In this document: positions 29,399 to 39,304 of the stretch, piece by piece | How positions within the stretch are numbered: the stretch's first letter is position 1 | Layout of the letters: every line of letters starts with the position of its first letter | Assembly: GCA_902790465.1 (NCBI GenBank) | Contig: CADASF010000008.1 | Coordinates: 981 to 64,980 of the forward strand | Direction: 5' to 3' | From: an uncultured bacterium | Lineage (GTDB): Bacteria; Vulcanimicrobiota; CADAWZ01 | Length of the DNA stretch: 64,000 bases | Position numbers and translations under genes: made by a program | The notes under the pieces: generated by a model | What the model saw: only the letters and a program-made list of their open reading frames with translations | What the model was told of the DNA's origin: nothing | Databases searched by the model: none

Positions 29399-30274
29399 AT
29401 GGACAAGGGAATAATTTTCTCAGATAAAAATGAATACGGAAGGGCTTTTGCAAAAATAGCCCTTCTTCTTTCTATTCTTGCATGTGTATATATTTTTGAT
29501 CTGTTATTATTGTCTATTTGTACTCGTGGATATTTCTTTGCTGAATTTACCAATGGCAGAATGTCTCAACCACAAAACCACATATTAAACATTGTATATA
29601 TACTTATTTTGTATATATCAATGACGGCAACAATAATTATATTTAGAAATAAAAATTTTAAAGACAGAAAAATAACAGACTCATATTTTAGTGGAGAAAT
29701 AAAAAAGCCTCTATTTTTAGGAATTTCAATAGGTGCGGTTTTGTTTTTTCTATTTTTTCTTGCAATATCACCATTTTCACAATCTGAAAAAATAGAATTT
29801 ACTCAATTTGAAATAATAAAGCATGCTATCTTACATATAATTCCCTGTTTTTTGCTTGTAATTTCAGAAGAAGTTATATTTAGAGGTGTGATATTTGAGA
29901 TATTTGCAAAATTTTTGAAAAAAAATCAAGCAATAATATTTACATCTGCAATGTTTGGACTTGCACATTTATTTTGTCATGGAACTCCTCTATATAAATT
30001 AGTATATTTTTTGAATCTTTTCACAATGTCAATAATATTATGTACAGTAGTAGTTCATTTTAAAAACATCTGGTGTTCAACAGGAATTCATTTTATATTT
30101 GTATATTTAATTTTAATGAGAAATTATTTAAAAATTTCACTTCTAAAAGAATCTTACAAAAATATTTTTTTAGGTTTTGACAATTCACCTGTAACAGGTC
30201 TTGTAGCTTTTGGAATAATGGTTATAGTGCTTATAATATATAAATTCAATTTTAAGGAAGACTGCAAAAAATGA
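29399..30274 (+). CDS. CPBP family intramembrane glutamic endopeptidase (CAAX protease-like)
   Basis: EEVIFRGVIF and FGLAHL motifs in a polytopic protein. Confidence 0.75.
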   Translation: MDKGIIFSDKNEYGRAFAKIALLLSILACVYIFDLLLLSICTRGYFFAEFTNGRMSQPQNHILNIVYILILYISMTATIIIFRNKNFKDRKITDSYFSGEIKKPLFLGISIGAVLFFLFFLAISPFSQSEKIEFTQFEIIKHAILHIIPCFLLVISEEVIFRGVIFEIFAKFLKKNQAIIFTSAMFGLAHLFCHGTPLYKLVYFLNLFTMSIILCTVVVHFKNIWCSTGIHFIFVYLILMRNYLKISLLKESYKNIFLGFDNSPVTGLVAFGIMVIVLIIYKFNFKEDCKK

Positions 30275-31077
30275 AAAGAAATTTGACAATTTTATTATTT
30301 TTATTTGTTTTTACTTCTTTAATTGGATGTACTTTCGAAAAACCAACTAATTATAATAATCATATTACAGTTAAAGTCATTCCAAGACAAAATAAAGAAA
30401 CAGGTAAAACTCCATCTATAGAAGAAACAAGAGATAAAGCTATTACAATTTTTGAAAAGCGTTTAAATGAAAGCGTTCCAAAAGACATCAAAGAAGACAG
30501 AACTATTTTAGCCAGCACTATCAAATTTTTTAAAAACCTTTTTCTAAATTCCAAAAAACAAAAGAAAGTATTGATTCAAAAAGAAGGAGAAGACCAAATT
30601 AAAATGTCAATTTCTGAATATATAGATATAAACACAGTTAAAGAACTAATAACAAATGTTGGCATTTTACAATTTAAGGAACAAGATGAAAAAAATAATA
30701 AATGGAAAACTGTTTTAACAGGTGATTATTTAAAACCAAATTCAGCAAAAATTGCTTTCGATTTAAATGGAAATCCTTATATATCACTGGAATTTACTTC
30801 TGATGGTGCAAAATTATTTAATGAAATAACAAAAAGAAATATCAAAAAGCCTATTGGCATATATTTTGATGAAAAAGAAATATCCTCCCCTATTGTTCAA
30901 TCTCCTATCTTAAACGGTCAATGTCAAATTAGTGGTTATAATATGAGTATTGCAGAATGTGAAAAAATTGTAATTTTACTTAATTCAGATTCTTTAAATG
31001 CTGACATACAAATTATCGACAGTAATAGAGATAATGAAAAAGAAAAAAATATAGATGTGAAAAATTATGAAAAATAA
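30271..31077 (+). CDS. Lipoprotein with SecD P1-head-like domain
   Basis: Lipobox LIGC. The regions ISLEFTSDGAKLFNEITK..KPIGIYFDEKEISSPIV..NGQCQISG resemble the periplasmic domain of SecD. Confidence 0.4.
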   Translation: MKRNLTILLFLFVFTSLIGCTFEKPTNYNNHITVKVIPRQNKETGKTPSIEETRDKAITIFEKRLNESVPKDIKEDRTILASTIKFFKNLFLNSKKQKKVLIQKEGEDQIKMSISEYIDINTVKELITNVGILQFKEQDEKNNKWKTVLTGDYLKPNSAKIAFDLNGNPYISLEFTSDGAKLFNEITKRNIKKPIGIYFDEKEISSPIVQSPILNGQCQISGYNMSIAECEKIVILLNSDSLNADIQIIDSNRDNEKEKNIDVKNYEK

Positions 31078-31273
31078 AAAAATAATAGGAATAATAATTT
31101 CAATAATAAGTGCACTGACTATATTCATTGCCTCACTAATGAACAAATTAACTCCAGTTGGTACAGTTTCACAGAAAATATATGTTTTTGATGTGATCTC
31201 TACTATTGCAATAGTAACATTGACTATAGGCATTGTACTTATTTTAAAAGAAAAAAATAAAAAAAATGAATAA
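31067..31273 (+). CDS. Small two-TM membrane protein (68 aa)
   Basis: Hydrophobic ORF that overlaps both neighbours by a few nt, suggesting translational coupling. Confidence 0.4.
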   Translation: MKNKKIIGIIISIISALTIFIASLMNKLTPVGTVSQKIYVFDVISTIAIVTLTIGIVLILKEKNKKNE

Positions 31274-31712
31274 AGATTTTTGGACAAAAGCCGAAATAGC
31301 AATAAAAAGATTTTGGTTTAAAATAACAGGTCAAAAAAGAAAATACTTCAGAGTTGGCAAATGCCTTAGATGTGGTAAATGTTGCAGAAATATAGGCATA
31401 TTACTTGAAGGCAAAAAAATAAAAAAAATGGAGCAGTTTGAAGAGCTCGTAAAAAAAGAGCCTGAATATAAGATATTCAAAGCCCATGGAAAAGCTCAAG
31501 ATGGAACAATTATATTTTCATGCACAAAACAAAATGGAAATCTTTGTTCTATGCATGACAAACGACCTGAAATTTGCAGAGATTATCCAGATTTATATTT
31601 AATGTACACAGGAGCCGAATTGATGAAAGGCTGTGGATATACACTAATTCCACCTTATGATTTTGAAGAAATATTTGCAAAAGAACTAAAAAAATCTGAA
31701 GAGGAAAATTAA
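31266..31712 (+). CDS. YkgJ family cysteine-cluster protein (UPF0153)
   Basis: CLRCGKCC plus distal Cys residues (CSMHDKRPEICRDYP). Confidence 0.7.
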   Translation: MNKDFWTKAEIAIKRFWFKITGQKRKYFRVGKCLRCGKCCRNIGILLEGKKIKKMEQFEELVKKEPEYKIFKAHGKAQDGTIIFSCTKQNGNLCSMHDKRPEICRDYPDLYLMYTGAELMKGCGYTLIPPYDFEEIFAKELKKSEEEN

Positions 31713-34525
31713 ACAAGTTTTTTCTTCAAAAATTGCCCTGTATATGATTCAGGACAGTTAGCAACATCTTCAGGGGTTCCTGTAACAACAATATTGCCTC
31801 CCCCTACTCCACCTTCTGGACCTAAATCAATTATATAATCAGCACATTTTATGACATCTAAATTGTGTTCTATTACAAGTACGGTATTTCCTGAATCAGC
31901 AAGCCTTCCCAAAATTTTCAACAATTTAGAAACATCTTCAAAATGCAAGCCTGTAGTTGGCTCATCTAAAAGATATAATGTCTTTCCAGTTGCTCTCTTT
32001 GAAAGCTCATAGGCAAGTTTAATTCTCTGAGCTTCACCACCAGAAAGAGTATCTGAAGGTTGTCCAAGTTGTATATATCCCAAACCAACTTCAGAAAGAC
32101 ATGTAAATTTTCTCTTCAATGTCGGAAATTCACTAAAAAATTCCAATGCTTCATCAACTGTCATGCAAAGGACATCATATATATTTTTATCTCTAAATTT
32201 TACAGCAAGCGTTGCATTGTTGTATCTTTTACCATCACATTCTTCACATTTTACATAGACATCTGGAAGAAAATTCATCTCTGTTCTTATTACACCATCT
32301 CCCATACATGCCTCACATCTTCCACCTTTTATATTAAAACTAAATCTTCCAGGTTTATATCCATACATTTTAGAAAGTCTTGCTGAAGCAAAGATCTCTC
32401 TTATCGGAGTAAAGGCATCTGTATATGTTGCAGGATTTGAACGAGGAGTTCTCCCTATTGGCGATTGATCAATAACTATAATGCGGTCTATGTTTTCAAG
32501 CCCTGTAATTCCTCTACACTTTCCAGCTGTTTCAGAATAAGTACCTATAATTTTTAAAGCATTTTTATATAAAACTTCATTTATAAGAGTTGATTTACCT
32601 GAACCAGACACACCAGTAACACAAACAAATTTTCCAAGCGGAATATCGACATCAATATCTTTTAAATTATTTTCAGAAGCTCCTAATATTGTTATGTGTT
32701 TTCCGTTTCCTTTTCTAATCTCTTTTGGTAATTCTATATTTTTTTTGCCTGAAATATACATGCCTGTAATGGAATCTTTCGATTTTTCTAAATCCGAAAC
32801 AGAACCAGCATAGACTATATGTCCCCCATTCTTACCAGCAACAGGTCCAATATCAACAACAAAATCAGCAGATTTTATTGTATCTTCGTCATGCTCAACA
32901 ACAAGCACAGTATTTCCCAAATCCCTCAATTTTAAAAGAGTTTTTATAAGTCTGTCATTATCCCTTTGATGAAGTCCTATGCTCGGCTCATCGAGTACAT
33001 AAATAACCCCAGTAAGTCCAGCTCCCAAAAGCCCAGCAAGTCTAATTCTTCTCGCCTCTCCACCAGAGAGAGTGCTTGCTGTTCTATCCAAAGTCATATA
33101 AGACAAACCAACATCAAGAAGAAATCTCAATTTTTTATTTAATTCTTTTAAAACAGGTTTTGCTATTGTCTCACTTTTTATATCATCAAATTTTAAATTA
33201 TCAAAAAAATCAATACATTCTCTTACAGTAAATTCTGTTATTTGAGAAATATTTTTACCACCAATTTTTATACAAAGGGCTTCTTTTTTTAATCTTTTAC
33301 CATGACAAGTTGGGCATGTCTTCGAAACAGTAAATTTTTCTGTAAATTCTCTTATGAGATCAGAATCAGTTTCCTCATATCTTCTTCTCAAATGCGGAAT
33401 ACACCCCTCAAAAGATGAAGGATCTGAAGTATAAATGGTACTGCCACCATTGCCAAAAAGTAACAGTTTTTTATTTTGTTCACTAAGAGACTCAAATGGA
33501 ACATCAAGAGATATTCCAAAATAATCTGCAACATACAAAAATTTATTCCAAAAAATGCTTTTATGACTTGAAGATGACATTCTCTCCGTATATTTTCCCC
33601 AAGGGGCAATAGCTCCATTTCTTATAGAGAGTGAAGGATTTGGAATAACAGCTTCTTCAGATATATCAGTAAAAGAACCAATACCTGAGCATGAAGGACA
33701 AGCTCCCAATGGAGAATTAAAAGAAAAGAAAGAAGGCTCTGTTTCAGGAATAGAAATTCCACATTCTGGGCATGAAAGATTTTCAGAAAAAAAGAAATCC
33801 CCTTTTTCACCAGTTGCAATCAAAATTCCATGTCCTTCATTTAGAGCTGTTTCAACAGATGTTCCAAGTCTATCAGATATGCCATCTTCAGATACGAGCC
33901 TATCCACAACTATTTCGATATTATGTTTTTTATTTTTTTCCAAATTAGAAGGATAGTCATCAGAATCATAAACAGTCCCGTCTATTCTAACTCTTGAATA
34001 CCCATTTACAAATATATCTGAAATTACCTTACCATGCTCACCTTTTTTATTATATACAACTGGAGCTAGGATCATGAATCTCTCTCCAGCTTTAAACATA
34101 GAAAGAATAGATTCTGTTATTCTCTGAGGTGTCATTGCAGAAATTTTTTTACCACAATTAGGACAATAAGGAACTCCAACTCTCGAAAAAAGAAGCCTCA
34201 ATAGATCATATATTTCAGTAACAGTTCCAACAGTAGAACGAGGATTTCCAGAAACACCTTTCTGTTCAATAGCTATTGCTGGAGATAAACCCTCAACTGA
34301 ATCAACATCTGGTCTTTCTATTTTTCCCAAAAACTGTCTTGCATAAGAAGAAAGAGACTCAACATATCTTCTTCTACCTTCTGCATATATTGTATCAAAT
34401 GCAAGTGTTGACTTTCCAGAGCCAGAAACCCCTGTAATGACAGTCATAGAACCTGAAGGTATGTCTAAATTTATATTTTTTAAATTATGACATCTCGCAC
34501 CTTTTACTGAAATATATCTTTCCAC
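31709..34525 (-). CDS. uvrA: Excinuclease ABC subunit A
   Basis: 938 aa with two ABC modules (GVSGSGKSTL twice, LSGGEA twice) and zinc-finger Cys clusters. Confidence 0.95.
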   Translation of the reverse strand: MERYISVKGARCHNLKNINLDIPSGSMTVITGVSGSGKSTLAFDTIYAEGRRRYVESLSSYARQFLGKIERPDVDSVEGLSPAIAIEQKGVSGNPRSTVGTVTEIYDLLRLLFSRVGVPYCPNCGKKISAMTPQRITESILSMFKAGERFMILAPVVYNKKGEHGKVISDIFVNGYSRVRIDGTVYDSDDYPSNLEKNKKHNIEIVVDRLVSEDGISDRLGTSVETALNEGHGILIATGEKGDFFFSENLSCPECGISIPETEPSFFSFNSPLGACPSCSGIGSFTDISEEAVIPNPSLSIRNGAIAPWGKYTERMSSSSHKSIFWNKFLYVADYFGISLDVPFESLSEQNKKLLLFGNGGSTIYTSDPSSFEGCIPHLRRRYEETDSDLIREFTEKFTVSKTCPTCHGKRLKKEALCIKIGGKNISQITEFTVRECIDFFDNLKFDDIKSETIAKPVLKELNKKLRFLLDVGLSYMTLDRTASTLSGGEARRIRLAGLLGAGLTGVIYVLDEPSIGLHQRDNDRLIKTLLKLRDLGNTVLVVEHDEDTIKSADFVVDIGPVAGKNGGHIVYAGSVSDLEKSKDSITGMYISGKKNIELPKEIRKGNGKHITILGASENNLKDIDVDIPLGKFVCVTGVSGSGKSTLINEVLYKNALKIIGTYSETAGKCRGITGLENIDRIIVIDQSPIGRTPRSNPATYTDAFTPIREIFASARLSKMYGYKPGRFSFNIKGGRCEACMGDGVIRTEMNFLPDVYVKCEECDGKRYNNATLAVKFRDKNIYDVLCMTVDEALEFFSEFPTLKRKFTCLSEVGLGYIQLGQPSDTLSGGEAQRIKLAYELSKRATGKTLYLLDEPTTGLHFEDVSKLLKILGRLADSGNTVLVIEHNLDVIKCADYIIDLGPEGGVGGGNIVVTGTPEDVANCPESYTGQFLKKKLV

Positions 34526-34771
34526 TACAATAAATCTCCATAAATATAATACATAAAAATATACAATAAAATAAAAAATATGTCAAAAATAAATTTCAAA
34601 ATAAAAATATAAATGAAAAAAAATATTAATTTTTTTCAAAAAAAAAGGATTTAATTATTATTAATCAAAATTGATAAAATAAGGGAAAAAATTAAATCTA
34701 ATAACTTTTTAATGTTGTCTAAATCGTTTTTTATATTTTTTTATAAAAAATGAAGTGTAAAGAGGTATAAT

Positions 34772-36187
34772 ATGTCTAATTATATGAATCAAACTTATTC
34801 AGGTAGATATAAAATTTTAGAAGAGCTACCAAACCAAAATGATTATGAATTTTACTTCAAGGGTAGAGATCTTCAAACAAATAAAGATGTACAATTTCGA
34901 ATAATTCCTATATATAAAGACAATCCAACTCTTACAGAGCAATCCCAACAGTTCATTTTCAAAGAACTGAACCTAATGAAAAAGCTAAAATTCAAAGGAT
35001 TGCCAAATTTTGTTGACAGCATTAGCAACGAAAATGAAAATATAATCATAACCGATTATCAAGATGGAAGATCTCTTGAAGAATATTTGAAAAAAACTCC
35101 TCAACTATCTGAACAAGATACTCTTGAGTTTTTAAATAAACTTCTTCCAATAATTCGTTATTTGCATTCACAAGAGCCTCCTGTAATCTATAGAGATTTA
35201 CAGCCAAAGAACATTTATATAAATGTAAATGGTGATGTATATCTTGCAAAATACGAGGCAGCACGTACTTACAAAGCAGATAAAGTAAAAGATACTGTCG
35301 TTGTTTCAACAAGGGGATATAACCCACCAGAACAAGCACTTGGAAAAGGTCAATCTGATCCAAAATCAGATATATTTTCTATTGGTATGATCATATTCCA
35401 AATGCTCACAGGAAAAGATCCTACAACTTCATTGATTCTTCCAAAAGTTTCTGATATAAGAAAAGATATATCTCCAATTTGGACACAGCTTGTATCAAAA
35501 GCTACAAATATCAAACAGGATAAGAGATATGTATCTATTGATGAGTTAATGACAGACCTCCATAGAATTCAAAGTGGTTCTTTGGACTATAATCCAGCCC
35601 AAGGTAAAATTTCAGGAGCTCCTGTCCAAAAGCCTGCTCCTGCCACACCAAAACCAGGTTTATCTGTCAAAACTGCAACAGGAGCACAACCACCAAGACC
35701 AGCTGTTGTCGCTGCTCCAAAACCAGTACAAATACAAACTCCACAGGCAAGACCTAATGTACAACAAGCATCACCAATAGCAAGACCTAATGTACAGTCT
35801 CCTGTTGTTGGAAGACCAACAGTACAGCCAGTTGTACAACAGACCCCAACTCCTGTAATAGCAAGACCAAATATACAACAGACGAGACCAACAGAGACTC
35901 CTGTTGTACAACAACCACAACAGACAAATATAGGGAGTGTAAATCAACCAACAATTCAACAGCCTGTAGTAAATACACCTCCTACACAACCAAGTGGCGT
36001 AGGTCAAGAGCCACCTAAGGCAAATCCTGTTATGAGGCTTATAGCTGTTGTATTAGCGATAATTGGTCTTATAATTTTACTTCCTATTCCTATTCCATTT
36101 TTAGGTGGAATAATAAAATATGTTGTTGGAGCAATTTTAATAGTTGGTGGAGCTATATTCTTCTTTCTTGGAAAACCCAAAGTATAA
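34772..36187 (+). CDS. Ser/Thr kinase-fold protein with degenerate catalytic motifs (predicted pseudokinase), P/Q-rich repeat linker, C-terminal TM anchor
   Basis: Kinase subdomains are recognisable (YRDLQPKN, NPPE, DIFSIGMIIFQMLTG). However, the G-loop is absent, VAIK Lys is Arg (VQFRII), and DFG is KYE. Confidence 0.7.
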   Translation: MSNYMNQTYSGRYKILEELPNQNDYEFYFKGRDLQTNKDVQFRIIPIYKDNPTLTEQSQQFIFKELNLMKKLKFKGLPNFVDSISNENENIIITDYQDGRSLEEYLKKTPQLSEQDTLEFLNKLLPIIRYLHSQEPPVIYRDLQPKNIYINVNGDVYLAKYEAARTYKADKVKDTVVVSTRGYNPPEQALGKGQSDPKSDIFSIGMIIFQMLTGKDPTTSLILPKVSDIRKDISPIWTQLVSKATNIKQDKRYVSIDELMTDLHRIQSGSLDYNPAQGKISGAPVQKPAPATPKPGLSVKTATGAQPPRPAVVAAPKPVQIQTPQARPNVQQASPIARPNVQSPVVGRPTVQPVVQQTPTPVIARPNIQQTRPTETPVVQQPQQTNIGSVNQPTIQQPVVNTPPTQPSGVGQEPPKANPVMRLIAVVLAIIGLIILLPIPIPFLGGIIKYVVGAILIVGGAIFFFLGKPKV

Positions 36188-36190
36188 AAA

Positions 36191-38167
36191 ATGCTAAAAA
36201 AAACAAAAATAACAGAAGGCTGCTATATTGTATGTTCAGATAATACATCTGTCCTGTTTGGCTGTCCTTCAGATATTGTAAAAGTATTTACATCTAAACA
36301 TTTAGATATCCCACATAATATTGTTTTGCCAGATATTTTTTTCCAAAATGGAATAAATGTTGGGGCAACAGAATTTCTTATTGCCAATTTTATATATAAG
36401 CCAGCTGACAAAATAAGAAATATAAATATTATCGGTAGTAAAAAAGCTATAAAAAATCAAAAAATAATACTTGGTGAAACATTTCCAAGTATAAAAGGTG
36501 TAAATAAACCAAATTGGCTAAAAAATAAAAAAACAGAAAATTTTGTCAAATATGAAGAATTTTTTCGTTTAAAAAAGAACATATTTGCTTCCATTAAATT
36601 TAAAGAAATTAAAAATAATCTTATAAAAATAGGAGATATTGCCATAGAGCAGATATCTCCAGTTTCATTTTCAGTAAAAAATGGTGATCAAGTAGAAAAT
36701 ATAGACATTTTAATTGAAAATCAAATAAGTCCATTTTTTGGTGTTCCTAATGTACAACCACCAATTTCCATAAAAGATGGAATAATAATTATTGGTTCTG
36801 GAAATGGATTTTCTCAATATGAAGAAAACACTAGTTCAATAGTATTTTCAGACTATGTACCAATATTTGTTGACGGAAGTCCATGGGAAGAATATTATAA
36901 TTCTGTTCTCGGTATAGATAATTCAGAATACTTAATTTTTGTATTAACTCATAATCATGACGATCACTGCAGTTTACTAAATCTTTTGTTTTTTAACAAA
37001 AAAGTAAAAATCTTGACAACTCTTCCAATATTTAACTCTTTTGTAAAAAAAGCCTCAGCTATTCTTGATATTTCTGAATCAGAAATAAAAGAGGGATTTC
37101 AATTTATTGAATTAATTCCAGATATCACAAAAAGAATCTATGGCATAGATTTTACGGCTCATGAGACTATACATTCGATTCCAACAATAGGAATCAGAAT
37201 AGGTAAAATATTGGTCTCAGGTGATACAGCTTGGGGTTCAACTCTTGATTTAATGGAACAGGAATCAATAATAACAAAAGACGAAAAGAACAAGATAAAT
37301 TCAATACCTTTTGACAATAAATCAAAATATATCTTCATGGATTCAGGCGGTAACTTAGTACATCCCAATATACAAGAATTAAGTCAAATCCCAGAAATAA
37401 ACAGAAAAAAATTAATATTAAACCACATAAATATAAACAATATTCCAAAAAATTTGGGATTTTTATATGGACTTTTTGGAGCTTCCTATATTGTTGATAA
37501 AGGTTATCAGCCTTTAAATGCCCATACATTATCAGCATTTTTTAACAATAAATTGATAAATAAAATTGATAAAATATGGCAAAAAGTATTTTTATCAAGA
37601 GGAAAAATCAAAAAATTTGATCATCATCAAAAAACAAAAACTGGTAAATACTCGGCATTTATATTGAATGGAGTCATACAAAACGAACAAGGTAAAAAAT
37701 TTGGAACAGGTGATTTTTTAGGTGTTTTTAGTTCTGAAAATTTTGAAACAATATCACCTACTTCAATTTTATTTGTTGAAAATAATTTAGTAAAAGAATG
37801 TCTTGAAGAAGAAAAACTATATGAACAATTTAAAAAATTAGACTTCATTCAAAATATTTTTTATTTAATTCCACAATTACGAAGAATTACAAATAAACAA
37901 ATAGTAGAAGCCCAAGAATCATTTGAAATCAAAACAATAAAAAAAGACACTAAAATAAAAACAAATAATAAATTATTTATATTTGTATCAGGAATCTGCA
38001 CTGATTCATTTGGCAACAAAATAAATAAATTACAAATTATAGATTATAATTCTAAATATTTAAATATTGAAGAAGATTCTAAATTTATAATTTGTGATAT
38101 ATATAATTTGAAAAATTATATATCAAATATATATATAGAAAAAATATTAAAAGGCGAAATTTTATAG
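36191..38167 (+). CDS. MBL-fold protein with possible C-terminal cyclic-nucleotide-binding-like region (658 aa)
   Basis: HxHxDH (LTHNHDDHCS). The C-terminal stretch AFILNGVIQNEQGKKFGTGDFLGVFS is cNMP-binding-like, which is tentative. Confidence 0.5.
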   Translation: MLKKTKITEGCYIVCSDNTSVLFGCPSDIVKVFTSKHLDIPHNIVLPDIFFQNGINVGATEFLIANFIYKPADKIRNINIIGSKKAIKNQKIILGETFPSIKGVNKPNWLKNKKTENFVKYEEFFRLKKNIFASIKFKEIKNNLIKIGDIAIEQISPVSFSVKNGDQVENIDILIENQISPFFGVPNVQPPISIKDGIIIIGSGNGFSQYEENTSSIVFSDYVPIFVDGSPWEEYYNSVLGIDNSEYLIFVLTHNHDDHCSLLNLLFFNKKVKILTTLPIFNSFVKKASAILDISESEIKEGFQFIELIPDITKRIYGIDFTAHETIHSIPTIGIRIGKILVSGDTAWGSTLDLMEQESIITKDEKNKINSIPFDNKSKYIFMDSGGNLVHPNIQELSQIPEINRKKLILNHININNIPKNLGFLYGLFGASYIVDKGYQPLNAHTLSAFFNNKLINKIDKIWQKVFLSRGKIKKFDHHQKTKTGKYSAFILNGVIQNEQGKKFGTGDFLGVFSSENFETISPTSILFVENNLVKECLEEEKLYEQFKKLDFIQNIFYLIPQLRRITNKQIVEAQESFEIKTIKKDTKIKTNNKLFIFVSGICTDSFGNKINKLQIIDYNSKYLNIEEDSKFIICDIYNLKNYISNIYIEKILKGEIL

Positions 38168-38208
38168 GGCATATAAAAAATATGTCTTATATCTAAAAAT
38201 AAATAACC

Positions 38209-39255
38209 ATGCTTAAAGATATTCCAGAAATAACATTAAGACAAAAAAAAATACTTGAATTTATTGTTCAAGAATTTGTTAAAACAGGCGAGCCCATTAG
38301 TTCAGGAACAATAACATCTTTAGCTGGTCTAAAATGTAGCTCTGCAACGATAAGAAATGAAATGGCTAAATTAGAAGAAATGGGATTTCTAATTCAGCCA
38401 CATACAGTATCAGGAAGAATTCCTGCAGACAGTGCATATCGTTTTTTTGTCAATGAAATAATAAAAACGAGGATTGAGCCACCTCAAAATGAAACAGTTG
38501 AAGCAATAAAAAGGGAATATGATGCCTTAAAAAATAAAACAGAATCTCTTTTTACAAAAACAGCTGATATGTTGTCCAAAATGACAAATTATACATCAAT
38601 GATTTTGGCTCCACAACTTAACAAAAGCCTATTTAAATATGTAAAATTGATTCCAATGAGCAGTTCTTCAATACTGCTCATTATGTTATCTGTAACAGGG
38701 GAATTGATACACAAAATAATAGAAGTAACAACTCCACCTGATTCAGAAACGCTCGATTCTCTTACAGAAACTTTAAATAAAAGACTTCTTGGAAAACCAA
38801 TAGAAGAACTAGGAAAAATTCTTGATGAAGAAGCAGATAAAAATAATAAGAATAATTTATTGGATTCAATAAGCAAAGAATCTAAAAAAATAATAACTCC
38901 TTCTTCAAGAGAAATAATAGTAAGTGGCAAAAATAAAGTTTTTGACTATTCTGAAACAGGTGATGTCAAAAATATAAAAATAATGCTCGACTTACTGGAG
39001 CAGGAAAACATAATTGCAGAAATACTTTCAGAAACAATAAAAGGAAATGATATAAATATAATGATTGGTTCTGAAAATCCTATTGTTGAGATGAAAGACT
39101 GTTCAATAATAACAGTAAATTACAAAATAAATTCAACTCCAGCAGGTAAAATAGGAATATTGGGACCCAAACGCATGCCCTATAAGAGAGTTATTTCAAT
39201 AATCAATTATGTTGCAGAAAATATAGAAGATAATTTGAATAATAAAGAAGAATAA
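38209..39255 (+). CDS. hrcA: Heat-inducible transcription repressor HrcA
   Basis: N-terminal winged-helix signature (LTLRQKKILEFIVQEFVKTGEPISSGTI..SSATIRNEMAKLEEMGFL.QPHTVSGRIP). Confidence 0.85.
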   Translation: MLKDIPEITLRQKKILEFIVQEFVKTGEPISSGTITSLAGLKCSSATIRNEMAKLEEMGFLIQPHTVSGRIPADSAYRFFVNEIIKTRIEPPQNETVEAIKREYDALKNKTESLFTKTADMLSKMTNYTSMILAPQLNKSLFKYVKLIPMSSSSILLIMLSVTGELIHKIIEVTTPPDSETLDSLTETLNKRLLGKPIEELGKILDEEADKNNKNNLLDSISKESKKIITPSSREIIVSGKNKVFDYSETGDVKNIKIMLDLLEQENIIAEILSETIKGNDINIMIGSENPIVEMKDCSIITVNYKINSTPAGKIGILGPKRMPYKRVISIINYVAENIEDNLNNKEE

Positions 39256-39304
39256 AAATTAAATAAAAACATAAGATAAATCAAAAGAGTAAAAAAAGAA
39301 AAAG

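Noticed and set aside
35580-36010. Relatively GC-rich stretch with several overlapping ORFs on both strands, considered as possible foreign insert or separate genes.
   Set aside because: It encodes the P/Q/V-rich repeat linker of the kinase-like protein. The compositional shift and the multiple open frames are consequences of the low-complexity repeat.
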